Below, piece by piece: positions 52,190 to 61,234 of a DNA stretch of 64,000 nucleotides; the stretch's first letter is position 1; each line of letters begins with the position of its first letter. The position numbers and the translations under genes are program-made. The notes under the pieces were generated by a model that searched no databases, was not told where the DNA came from, and saw nothing but the letters and a program-made list of their open reading frames with translations. The stretch comes from a virus. Its lineage: Duplodnaviria > Caudoviricetes. Location of the stretch: IMG/VR virus record IMGVR_UViG_3300021400_000134. The stretch is one strand, 5' to 3'.

Positions 52190-54104
52190 TATATAACCCC
52201 GCTTCATTACTATATTCCTTAATATATTCTTTTCTTAAACTAGCACTTTGACCCATAAGAGTTTCAAACAGTGTTTCAGTTGCCGCAATATCTTCAACAG
52301 TAATTTGTTTAATAATTCTGTTTTCGGGATTGGTTAAAGTTTCTTCAGTCTCTTCGACTGACATCTCTCCAAGTCCCTTAAGCCTATTAATTAGATATTT
52401 TACACCCTTATTCTGCTCTCTAAATTCATCCAAAGCCGCATCGTCTTTTAGGTATTTATAACCCTTATTTCCAGGTAGCGTAATCTTATAAAGAGGAGGT
52501 ACTCCCGCATATACATATCCATCTTCAATTAACTGTGGACAAAAATTCCAAATAAACGTATAAAACAGATTCTTGATATGCGCACCATCGACGTCAGCAT
52601 CAGATTCGATAATAATTTTGCCATATCTCAAATCTTCTGGCTTATAAGTAATCTTCATTGTCTTTGTGTCAACAGTCAATCCAAAAGCGTCAATCATTGT
52701 CATAATTTCAGCATTCTTTTGGATTTTTTCAAGGGTTGCTTTTTGAGTATTAAGTATCTTACCTCTTACTGGCATAACCGCTTGAAAAGAGTTGTCTCTT
52801 GCTAGTTTAAGGTTGCCAGAAGCAGAATCACCCTCTGTAATATAAATTTCACACTGATTGCGGGGTTTACCTTTACAATCAGCAAGCTTTGAATCAAATT
52901 TTAAAGCTTTTTCCTTTTTCTTTACTTGCGCACGGGCATTATCTCTAGCCTTTTTTGCGGCTTCTCTAGCCTTGCGGGCATTGATAGCCTTATCCGCAAT
53001 TAACTTAACCTCTTTTTCATTGACGTTCATCCATGCTTCAAGATTATCAATAATTGCTCTTGTAAAAGGCGTCATATCGATTTTAGTAATTCTTGATTTA
53101 ACTTGAGCATCATATGCTATTCCTGGTGCTGTAATATTAAAAACAACATACAAGCCTTCTTGAATATCATCACCAGTTAAATTTTCATCTTTATCTTTGA
53201 GCCATTTCTTTTCCTTAAAGAATTTGTTAAATTCTCTTGTTAAAATGGTTTTTACCTGCGTAATGTGTTGGCCTGACTCAGTAAGACCGGTATTAACATA
53301 AGGAACAATAGTAGAGCCATAGGCAGATGTATAAGTCATTACCATATCCATTTTATTCTTGCCATTGGTAAAATTCATTACAAATCTATTATCAATCAAT
53401 TCCTTGTCTTTTACGGCATTATCTACTAAATCATTAATACCATTTTTTGAGAAGTAAACGGTTTCTTTTCCGTTATCATTAAGATTGATTGTTAATCCTG
53501 GACATAGAGCTGTGATGGTTCTGCAAAGATCTTTTACTTTAGAAATTTCTACTTCAGTATGAGTAAAAAATTCTTCAGAAGGTTGCCATTCTACAACAGT
53601 ACCATTTTGAAAATTAGAGCTTTTTAATGAACTACGTTTATCAAAAACGCCCTCTTTGAACATAATATCTTCTGAATCACCGTCTCTATAAGTACATACT
53701 CGTAAAGTATGAGATAAAAAAGTGGTAATTTTACTACCAATACCGAAAGAACCAAGAGAAGTTCCTTCATATGTTCCATCTTCACGATATTTTCCTGAAG
53801 TATTTAAAACACTAAATGCTGCTTCAAGAATTGTTTTCCCATCTTCTCTAAAAGAATTAGGGATAAAACCCTGCCCATAATCTCGAACTTTAACTTTATC
53901 CTTATCAATGAATATTTCAATTTTATTGCCATGACCCAATCTAAATTCATCAATAGAATTAGATAAGATTTCAACCAAAAGTTGAGTAGAATATGTAGTA
54001 TCACCTGCATATACACCAGGACGAAGTCTAGTAAACTCTAATGGTGAAAGAGATTCAATACTAGCTTCATTATATAAAGTTTTATCTATTTTCTTTTTTA
54101 CCAT
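52179..54104 (-). CDS. gyrB: Type II topoisomerase subunit B (GyrB/ParE)
   Basis: LRPGVY, EILSNSIDE, DYGQG, EGDSA, PVRGKILN, DADVDG, KGLGEM. Confidence 0.95.
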   Translation of the reverse strand: MVKKKIDKTLYNEASIESLSPLEFTRLRPGVYAGDTTYSTQLLVEILSNSIDEFRLGHGNKIEIFIDKDKVKVRDYGQGFIPNSFREDGKTILEAAFSVLNTSGKYREDGTYEGTSLGSFGIGSKITTFLSHTLRVCTYRDGDSEDIMFKEGVFDKRSSLKSSNFQNGTVVEWQPSEEFFTHTEVEISKVKDLCRTITALCPGLTINLNDNGKETVYFSKNGINDLVDNAVKDKELIDNRFVMNFTNGKNKMDMVMTYTSAYGSTIVPYVNTGLTESGQHITQVKTILTREFNKFFKEKKWLKDKDENLTGDDIQEGLYVVFNITAPGIAYDAQVKSRITKIDMTPFTRAIIDNLEAWMNVNEKEVKLIADKAINARKAREAAKKARDNARAQVKKKEKALKFDSKLADCKGKPRNQCEIYITEGDSASGNLKLARDNSFQAVMPVRGKILNTQKATLEKIQKNAEIMTMIDAFGLTVDTKTMKITYKPEDLRYGKIIIESDADVDGAHIKNLFYTFIWNFCPQLIEDGYVYAGVPPLYKITLPGNKGYKYLKDDAALDEFREQNKGVKYLINRLKGLGEMSVEETEETLTNPENRIIKQITVEDIAATETLFETLMGQSASLRKEYIKEYSNEAGLYNAE

Positions 54105-54295
54105 TATCTTAATACTCCCCAAGAACAACCCATTGGCTGCGTATCAAAACCGCATTTTCGCAATTGACTAGCAATCCATTCAGCCACTTCTTCATCAGTT
54201 TTTCCTTGGAACCATTCACTGTTATGAATTGTTAAACCAATTTGAAACATAATATCTATTAATTCTTGTTCATTACTTTTTATATACTTTTTCAT
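54104..54295 (-). CDS. Hypothetical protein
   Basis: Short ORF directly after a sigma-A promoter. Confidence 0.5.
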   Translation of the reverse strand: MKKYIKSNEQELIDIMFQIGLTIHNSEWFQGKTDEEVAEWIASQLRKCGFDTQPMGCSWGVLR

Positions 54296-54336
54296 ATATA
54301 ATTATTATATCATATTTAATTAAAAAAGTCAAGATT

Positions 54337-54573
54337 TTATTCTTGACGTAAGTATTCTATCATTTTTTGTAATATTTCTATAGCTTCATCTTTTTCTACT
54401 TCTTCCAGAGAGCAATCAGTTGAAAGACATATACATGTTCTATTTGGAAACATCTCTTGTAAAGTTTGAAAGGACTTATAAGTATCTTCAATTATCATAT
54501 TTTGAGTATCAACATATAGTATTAAAACTTTATCGTCCATAGTTTTGTAATACCTCTTCTGGTGTAATTGCAC
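54337..54573 (-). CDS. Hypothetical protein (likely start MDDKV)
   Basis: Short ORF. Confidence 0.45.
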   Translation of the reverse strand: MQLHQKRYYKTMDDKVLILYVDTQNMIIEDTYKSFQTLQEMFPNRTCICLSTDCSLEEVEKDEAIEILQKMIEYLRQE

Positions 54574-55012
54574 CAGTAGCGAGTTTATCTGCTAATTCAT
54601 TACCTGCAAAACCATTATGACCTTTAATATGGTCTATTGTAATATTATAATCGCCGCTTTCTAATAAAACTACGCCTTCTTTAATTATGTCCAAATTTTC
54701 AATGATTTGACCATTAGAACGAGTCCAGTTATTTTTTCTCCAATTCGGACCCCAAAGGGTAAAACAATTAATGGCATATATTGAATCGCTATAAACTTGC
54801 GGGCATCCCCAGCTGTCAACAGTACCGTATTTACGGATAACGTTCAATAATGCCATTAACTCCATTCTATTATTAGTAGTATTTTTAACTTGTTCAGAGT
54901 AAGCATCTACTATATAACCATCATCATATACAACATAACCAAAACCACCTTCATTATCTGCTCCTTTTTGGTTTTTTATTCTTGTACTTCCATCTGTATA
55001 TATAGTAAGCAT
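54530..55012 (-). CDS. rnhA: Ribonuclease HI
   Basis: IYTDGS, TNNRMEL, SDSIY, KGH...NELADKLA. Confidence 0.93.
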   Translation of the reverse strand: MLTIYTDGSTRIKNQKGADNEGGFGYVVYDDGYIVDAYSEQVKNTTNNRMELMALLNVIRKYGTVDSWGCPQVYSDSIYAINCFTLWGPNWRKNNWTRSNGQIIENLDIIKEGVVLLESGDYNITIDHIKGHNGFAGNELADKLATGAITPEEVLQNYGR

Positions 55013-55070
55013 TTTTAACTCCTTTTAAGTTTTGGTTTTTTGATTTATTTTTTTTCGATTTTTCCCTATT

Positions 55071-55619
55071 TTAATTATAGCAAAAATTTTCTTTTTCGTC
55101 AAGAAGTTTTTTTATCTCTTGCCGCACTCAATCAATAGAGTATCCGAACTTTTGAAACCAATAATTTGTATCAGGAGCATTAGATATTTCTGAAAAATCA
55201 TGAATATATGTTTCATCTCATTCAAAAACTTTGCAGATTTGATAGCATGTATCTATAACCTCTGCAAGACAGCGTTGTAAATATAGTTTATCCTTTAAGT
55301 TATCTTCACAAATACAAATATGAATATAATTATCATTTCAGGTTTTTATATTCATAGGATGTGTTAATACGGTAATAGGCATGTGTGTATCTGAACGCTT
55401 CCCTATCCAGTAGTGAAAGTTATGCGTGCGGTGAGTGTGATTATAATCATTATATTGCTTATTTTCACCAATCATTTTCTGCATTAATTCATAGTCTGCG
55501 CTACCTTTACTTGGCTGGACGTATCGCCGCAAATACGAGTTAGGTATTCCAGAACTATGAATTACAATGCCTTCTGGTTCCATCGGTCTGCTTAACACAA
55601 AAGCGGTGCTATTTTTCAT
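55071..55619 (-). CDS. Amidase_2 (N-acetylmuramoyl-L-alanine amidase)-like protein, possibly degenerate (182 aa; three TGA=Trp)
   Basis: GIVIHSSG...LRRYVQPS...HYWIGK...T(W)NDNYIHICICED; reads through TGA 55338 to TAA 55071. Confidence 0.65.
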
Positions 55620-55632
55620 TCAGCATATAAAG

Positions 55633-56082
55633 TTAAACATCTTTTCTTTCTTTTAACCTCTGATAAGCATCTCTTTTTTTTCTTAACCTTTGATGAAGCT
55701 GGTCTTTATCATTAATATATTCATATAAATCTAACTTCAAAACTGCTAACTGATGTATTGCAATTTCTAAGTCTGCTTCAATTAATTTAATTTGCCTATG
55801 AAGCATTTTGTTTTCGTAACTTTTTGGGTTAAATTGTTTACTCTGGTTCATTGAGTAATATAATTGTTTAAGAGCAGAAAGTTTAATTTTTAAATCATTG
55901 CGATATGTTTTCGCGGCTTCGATTTGAGCGCGCATTTCCGCAATAGTAGAACCCATTAAAATGCTTTCAAAATCTTTATCTTCATCTGCGCAATGTGCTT
56001 CACCAATAAATTTTCTACCTAAATTATCTTCAGTTTCGCATCGTGCATATCCATCTTTATAAGTAAAAATAGGACTTTTCAT
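55633..56082 (-). CDS. Hypothetical coiled-coil protein
   Basis: GEAHCADEDKDF motif; RBS. Confidence 0.6.
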   Translation of the reverse strand: MKSPIFTYKDGYARCETEDNLGRKFIGEAHCADEDKDFESILMGSTIAEMRAQIEAAKTYRNDLKIKLSALKQLYYSMNQSKQFNPKSYENKMLHRQIKLIEADLEIAIHQLAVLKLDLYEYINDKDQLHQRLRKKRDAYQRLKERKDV

Positions 56083-56163
56083 AAAACATTATCTCCTTTA
56101 TAAAATTATAACAAAAAATACAGAAATAATCAAATATAAAAAAAATAGGTGGATTTATTCCAC

Positions 56164-56382
56164 CTATTTCTTCTTAGTAGCGGGGATAAGAGCGACGCCA
56201 TTTTTATCCCCATAATCCTGCATTATTGCCAGGAGTTCAGTATGAACTGCGTCAAGGTCTCTCCTTAACTGATAATTCTCTTTTTCAAGCTTTGAATTGG
56301 TGTGAATTACCAGAAAACAGACTACCGCAAACATAAGCATTAAAACCGCTGAAAAAATTACAGAACAGTAAATTACACACAT
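56164..56382 (-). CDS. Small membrane protein
   Basis: N-terminal TM + coiled coil. Confidence 0.55.
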   Translation of the reverse strand: MCVIYCSVIFSAVLMLMFAVVCFLVIHTNSKLEKENYQLRRDLDAVHTELLAIMQDYGDKNGVALIPATKKK

Positions 56383-56399
56383 TTTACAACACCTCCAAT

Positions 56400-56864
56400 T
56401 TATTTAATTACTTCAATTTCTACATTTAAAGAAAGAAAATCGTTTACACTTGGACGCTTATATGATGCCAGCATATTTTTCATTCCTGCTTCTGGAACTC
56501 TTTCAAAGTCAGACCGAAGAGCATTTCGTTTTAAGCATTCATCTGCTGGAGTTTCAAGACAAACAAAGACAATTTTTTCAAAAGCATGACAATCAATGTT
56601 GTAAAGTAATTTCCAGCGAGATTTGTTGTTTAAATGAGTAGCGTCTACCCATATGGTATTGTATTTATGAATGCCATCATTAATTTGCTTACAAAACTCT
56701 TTAAACACTTCGGGTTCTTTTGAGAAATAAGGAATGCCAGGAGTAAGCATTGAGCGTCTAATTTTGTCTCTTGAAATTATCAAGTCTTCTGGCTTTGCAT
56801 GAGTTTTAATATAGTGCGTTTTTCCCGATGCCGGGGCTCCGCACATCACTTTTAACACTGTCAT
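56400..56864 (-). CDS. AAA_33 / polynucleotide-kinase-like P-loop kinase
   Basis: CGAPASGKT, ISRDKIR, VDATHL, CLKRNALR. Confidence 0.8.
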   Translation of the reverse strand: MTVLKVMCGAPASGKTHYIKTHAKPEDLIISRDKIRRSMLTPGIPYFSKEPEVFKEFCKQINDGIHKYNTIWVDATHLNNKSRWKLLYNIDCHAFEKIVFVCLETPADECLKRNALRSDFERVPEAGMKNMLASYKRPSVNDFLSLNVEIEVIK

Positions 56865-57075
56865 AGTCAAAATCTCCATTTTCAAACTTTCGCTTAAATT
56901 TTTCAACATCGGCTTGATTATAACATTCGTAATGATTCACTTCTTCTTGACAATAAATACAGTAGAGTTTCTTTAAATGTCCCTTACCTCTTTGTGCGGC
57001 AGGATTTCGCCATACCGGCAACCCCCTATTTCCGCATTTCGTACAATAAAACTGATGGTTTTCAAACCTTGTCAT
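56806..57075 (-). CDS. Zn-ribbon protein
   Basis: CTKCG...HLKKLYCIYC. Confidence 0.65.
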   Translation of the reverse strand: MTRFENHQFYCTKCGNRGLPVWRNPAAQRGKGHLKKLYCIYCQEEVNHYECYNQADVEKFKRKFENGDFDYDSVKSDVRSPGIGKNALY

Positions 57076-57188
57076 TCAATAAAATCACCTCTTACTTTCT
57101 AATAATCTCATTTTTTATTTTCCTTTCCTTTATATAATTATTATATCATATATTTTATAAAAAATAAAAAGGGAGATTTTCATCTCCC

Positions 57189-58217
57189 TTAATAGTCTGC
57201 AATATGCTCGCGGATTTGATTTGCGCGAATTGGATTTCGCAGTTTTCGCATTGCGATACTTTCAATCTGGCGAGCGCGTTCTCTGGTGACGCCAAGAGCT
57301 TTGCCAATATCTTCAAGTGTATGTCCGACACCATCCTCAAGACCAAAGCGCATTTTAATAACCAGCTGTTCTCTTTCAGAAAGAGTGCCAAGAACTTCAT
57401 AGATGGCTTCTTTCGTAGCCAGTTTACGCATGGCTTCTTCAGGTGTTTCCTGATTTTCATCTGGAATGATATCAGACATATCTGCTTCATCATCATCAGT
57501 TAAAGGCTTGTCAATAGAAAGCGGGTTTCTTGCGGCCTCTATATACATGCGGACTTTATCTCCGGTAAGGCCAATCGCCGCACCTACTTCATCGTCTGTT
57601 GGTTCATGACCGAGAGACTGAAACAATTCACTTTTTGCTTTCTTAATTTTAGATAGGGCTTCTACAACATGAACTGGTGTGCGGATAGTGCGGCTCTGGT
57701 CAGCGATAGCACGACTAATCGCCTGCCGCACCCAGTATGTTGCATATGTAGAGAATTTAAATCCCTTTGTGTAATCATATTTATCAGCAGCCTTATACAG
57801 TCCCATATTGCCCTCCTGGACCAAATCCAAAAAGGACAGAGAAGACTTGCCGATATATTTGCGAGCAATGGAAGCCACTAGTCGCAGGTTAGATTCAACG
57901 AGTTTGTTTTTCGCAACTACGTCTCCATCAGCAACTCTTTTAGCAAGATAGAGCTCCTGCTCGGGACTAAGTAACGGGATAGTATGGATTTGACGCATAT
58001 AAATCTTTGCAGAGTCACTGACCGATTTAAATTTTAAATCATCGCCACTCTCTTCATCAAAATCGGGCAGTAAAATCTTAATGCCCTTTTCATAGAAATA
58101 ATTATAGGCTTTTTCTAAATCATCATCATTTTCAAATGCATCCAAAATAACTGAATCTTCAAGGCAATTGTCTTTAACTTGTTTTTCAATTTCAGCAATC
58201 TTTTTTTCAAAATCCAT
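57189..58217 (-). CDS. RpoD/SigA-like RNA polymerase sigma factor
   Basis: [68 protein letters not shown]. Confidence 0.93.
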   Translation of the reverse strand: MDFEKKIAEIEKQVKDNCLEDSVILDAFENDDDLEKAYNYFYEKGIKILLPDFDEESGDDLKFKSVSDSAKIYMRQIHTIPLLSPEQELYLAKRVADGDVVAKNKLVESNLRLVASIARKYIGKSSLSFLDLVQEGNMGLYKAADKYDYTKGFKFSTYATYWVRQAISRAIADQSRTIRTPVHVVEALSKIKKAKSELFQSLGHEPTDDEVGAAIGLTGDKVRMYIEAARNPLSIDKPLTDDDEADMSDIIPDENQETPEEAMRKLATKEAIYEVLGTLSEREQLVIKMRFGLEDGVGHTLEDIGKALGVTRERARQIESIAMRKLRNPIRANQIREHIADY

Positions 58218-58267
58218 ACAAAAACACCTCCACACTTTTTTATTTTTTCTTTTTCTTTATATAATAA

Positions 58268-59074
58268 TTATATCATATTTTTATATAAAGTCAAGCAAAA
58301 TGCTAAATATTCAGAATAGGAGTATCCAAAAGGCAAAGCGCCATGAAATAACATAGTTCCATTTACCGCAGACACATCACGATTATCATGATAATGACCC
58401 CAATACCATCTCTTCCATTCAGTAGTAATTGCAACAGTATCTAAAAACTTTTCCATTGAATTATCTACTTCATCTTGATTTACTGTACTTAAAAATAAAT
58501 CTGAGATATATGACTGCCAAGAGAATGGGCAAGTATGAGATAAAATGTAATCGTAATCTCTTTTTAGCGAAGCCAAAATCTGAAGTTGTTCCGCAGAAGA
58601 CATTTGTTCTTCAGGAAACCAAGACCAGCCATTCTGAAGTCTAAACCACTTATCAACAGAGTATGCTCCTGGAAGAACCAAAACAGATTGGCAATTAATT
58701 TCATATTCACCGCCTTCATCAAGAGCATATAAGATATTAGGATGTTTATTTTCTACCCAAACAGTGTTGTTAAAGAAAACTTCTTTATGCCATTCTTTTG
58801 GATAAGCTTTAGCCAGAAGAGAAGGACGTTCTTCATGATTGCCACGAATAACGAAATACTTAAAAGGATATTTTTCTATTTTAGTTTTAAAGATTTCATC
58901 TCTCTTGTTTAGAAAGTAATTAGCCCCAAAGTCGCCAAGAACGATTAAAACATTGTCTTCACGATATGGCCAAAGTTCATCTTTATGCTGGGCATAAAAC
59001 TTTTCAATAGGAGAAAGTTCTCCATGAATATCGCCAATTAACCATGCGTTTTTCATGTTAAACTCATCTTTCAT
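58268..59074 (-). CDS. Calcineurin-like metallophosphoesterase
   Basis: GDIHG, LGDFG, RGNHE, SHT, GHYH. Confidence 0.9.
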   Translation of the reverse strand: MKDEFNMKNAWLIGDIHGELSPIEKFYAQHKDELWPYREDNVLIVLGDFGANYFLNKRDEIFKTKIEKYPFKYFVIRGNHEERPSLLAKAYPKEWHKEVFFNNTVWVENKHPNILYALDEGGEYEINCQSVLVLPGAYSVDKWFRLQNGWSWFPEEQMSSAEQLQILASLKRDYDYILSHTCPFSWQSYISDLFLSTVNQDEVDNSMEKFLDTVAITTEWKRWYWGHYHDNRDVSAVNGTMLFHGALPFGYSYSEYLAFCLTLYKNMI

Positions 59075-59075
59075 A

Positions 59076-59867
59076 TTAAATCACTCCTTTCTTGGCTAAC
59101 TCTTTGATTAAAGCGGTATTAACAAATTCTTCACAACAATCATCTAAAAGGGTACCTACATTAGAATCTGTCAATTCAACATTAGTTTGTTTTGCGAATG
59201 TATCTGCAATAAGTTTGATAGCATTAGCACTGTTATCTGCTATATATTGTAAAGCACTTTGACCTAATTCATTATTGCGGATTTGCATAATGTAATCATG
59301 GTCTTGCTCTATTGGATGGATACATTCTAGATAAGGTGCACCATCAATATACTTTTTTAAATAGTATTCTAAACGTACAAGATTTGCTACTTGTTTAGTG
59401 CGGATAAAGCCTTCTTGGTTATATAATCTTTCATATGCATTTAAGGCAATACCTTTGGTTGTGCGAACGGCGGTTCGTTTATCATATTTAGCAATCTGCT
59501 CTTTTGCCGTTTCTAACTCACCCCAAATATCTTCAAATAATGGGTTGATAATTTTATAATCTGTAAATAAGATTTCCAGCATATTAAGATTTTGCTTTTT
59601 AAATTCTGCAATTGCACAACGAATATCCTTAACTGCAATCTGTTCGCCAGAATCATCAGGCATTTTAAGGGTGCAGTTTTCGCCTCGTTTATTTGCATAT
59701 ATATCATCTAAGGTTGGTGTAATTAAAAGTTTTGTATCAACATCTGAAGTTTCTAGTGCTGTGCCGTAATTCTGGCTACCAGCCAAAAACAGACCGATAA
59801 TGCGGTCTTCGTCAAACTTTGTCTTTGCGTATTCATAATGAGCGTTTAGGCGTTCTACCACGGACAT
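59076..59867 (-). CDS. Pol-beta-superfamily nucleotidyltransferase (Nuc-transf/RlaP-like)
   Basis: GSQNYG....SDVD, KQNLNMLEILF. Confidence 0.75.
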   Translation of the reverse strand: MSVVERLNAHYEYAKTKFDEDRIIGLFLAGSQNYGTALETSDVDTKLLITPTLDDIYANKRGENCTLKMPDDSGEQIAVKDIRCAIAEFKKQNLNMLEILFTDYKIINPLFEDIWGELETAKEQIAKYDKRTAVRTTKGIALNAYERLYNQEGFIRTKQVANLVRLEYYLKKYIDGAPYLECIHPIEQDHDYIMQIRNNELGQSALQYIADNSANAIKLIADTFAKQTNVELTDSNVGTLLDDCCEEFVNTALIKELAKKGVI

Positions 59868-60178
59868 CTTGGGTCATCTCCTCCCGCAAAATTAATTTCA
59901 GCATTTTTAATTGCCTTTGCATAGGCATCGTCTGAATATATAATATCATTCCTATAATGAATATAAGAACTATTTGGATTTTTATACAATAACATAGCGG
60001 ATTTAGCATAATCATATGGGATATTGTCCTCTTTCAATCCGCCAAATTGAAGTAAATAATAAAGAAGTGTTATTGTATAACATTTAGAAGCATCTAAATC
60101 AGTTCCATTAGAAGCCAATAAAGCAATCTCTTTAATGTCCTTATATTCATCCAAAGTCAATGCTCTTGGATGTTTCAT
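59855..60178 (-). CDS. Hypothetical protein
   Basis: ORF with GGAG RBS. Confidence 0.55.
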   Translation of the reverse strand: MKHPRALTLDEYKDIKEIALLASNGTDLDASKCYTITLLYYLLQFGGLKEDNIPYDYAKSAMLLYKNPNSSYIHYRNDIIYSDDAYAKAIKNAEINFAGGDDPRCPW

Positions 60179-60266
60179 TTTTCACACACTCCTTCCTTTT
60201 ACTAATAAATTATAACATATTTTTTATATAAAATAAAAAATCCCCGTATGAAACGGGGATTCTTTA

Positions 60267-60860
60267 TTATTCTGCTTCTGGTTCAGCTGGGACCTCTTCT
60301 GTTGGCATATTAACAAATTTTTTAATTGTGTCAATTTGCGTTTGAAGGTTTTCAAAGGTCATGCTGAAATTCTGCTCTTTTAGAGCATTTAAATCTTGCT
60401 CAACAAAACTTATTCTATCAGTTAAGTTTTGTGTTTCATCAGTTTTGATATTGATGTTTGATTCAATTGTTTCAATTTGTGCAGTAGCACTATTTAATCT
60501 ATTTTCAAAATTGCTTAATTGTGGTTCGAAGACATTTAATCTTACATTAAAATCATCAACATCTTTCTGTAGATTTTTTACCATTTCGCCAACAGAGCTT
60601 ACGTCAATCATAACATAAATTTGTTTGCCGCTATCGTATTTCTTTTCAAGATGTACGATTTTTGTATATCCGCTAAGATTAGCTATGGTTTCTTCTCCAT
60701 TAACAATAGAAATGCCATCGTTATTAATTACATCAGTTTCAAGCATATCCATATCATAGTTTTCTTCTTCACAGTTGATAAACAGATGTAATCTACCGCT
60801 AGTTTCTGTATAATAATTATTTAAAAGATAGTTATTGTCATTAATAACCGCTATCATCAT
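60267..60860 (-). CDS. Coiled-coil protein
   Basis: Heptad-rich C-terminal half; followed by terminator ATCCCCGT/ACGGGGAT. Confidence 0.6.
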   Translation of the reverse strand: MMIAVINDNNYLLNNYYTETSGRLHLFINCEEENYDMDMLETDVINNDGISIVNGEETIANLSGYTKIVHLEKKYDSGKQIYVMIDVSSVGEMVKNLQKDVDDFNVRLNVFEPQLSNFENRLNSATAQIETIESNINIKTDETQNLTDRISFVEQDLNALKEQNFSMTFENLQTQIDTIKKFVNMPTEEVPAEPEAE

Positions 60861-60923
60861 AAATCTTTATCTCCTTTATAATCATTATTATTTTAACATA
60901 ATTTTTATGTTAAGACAAATTTA

Positions 60924-61220
60924 TTAGCTTTCTTCATCTGGTAATTCAGGAATTTCGCCAACTACTTTTTTGTCAAGAATAAAGCCATCAGCAGTCATTA
61001 AAATAACTGCTTGCATATCTCTATTTGCGGCAGTTGAGCAAATTTCACTTCAAGCTGTAGCAAAAGCAGCTGTTGCCGCAAGCAATGCCGCATCAATATT
61101 ATCTCCGTAAGCCGTAGCGTGAGAATCGAATACTTTTGGATATCCAGAAGCCATCGGAACATATCCACCAACGCTAGAACCTAAAGCCTTTTTATGAACT
61201 TCAAAAATTTGTCTTTTCAT
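60924..61220 (-). CDS. Hypothetical virion-associated protein (98 aa; one TGA=Trp)
   Basis: GGAGG RBS; MKRQIFEVH...ATA(W)SEIC...DEES*; missed by ORF track. Confidence 0.65.
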
Positions 61221-61234
61221 TATCTATTTCCTCC

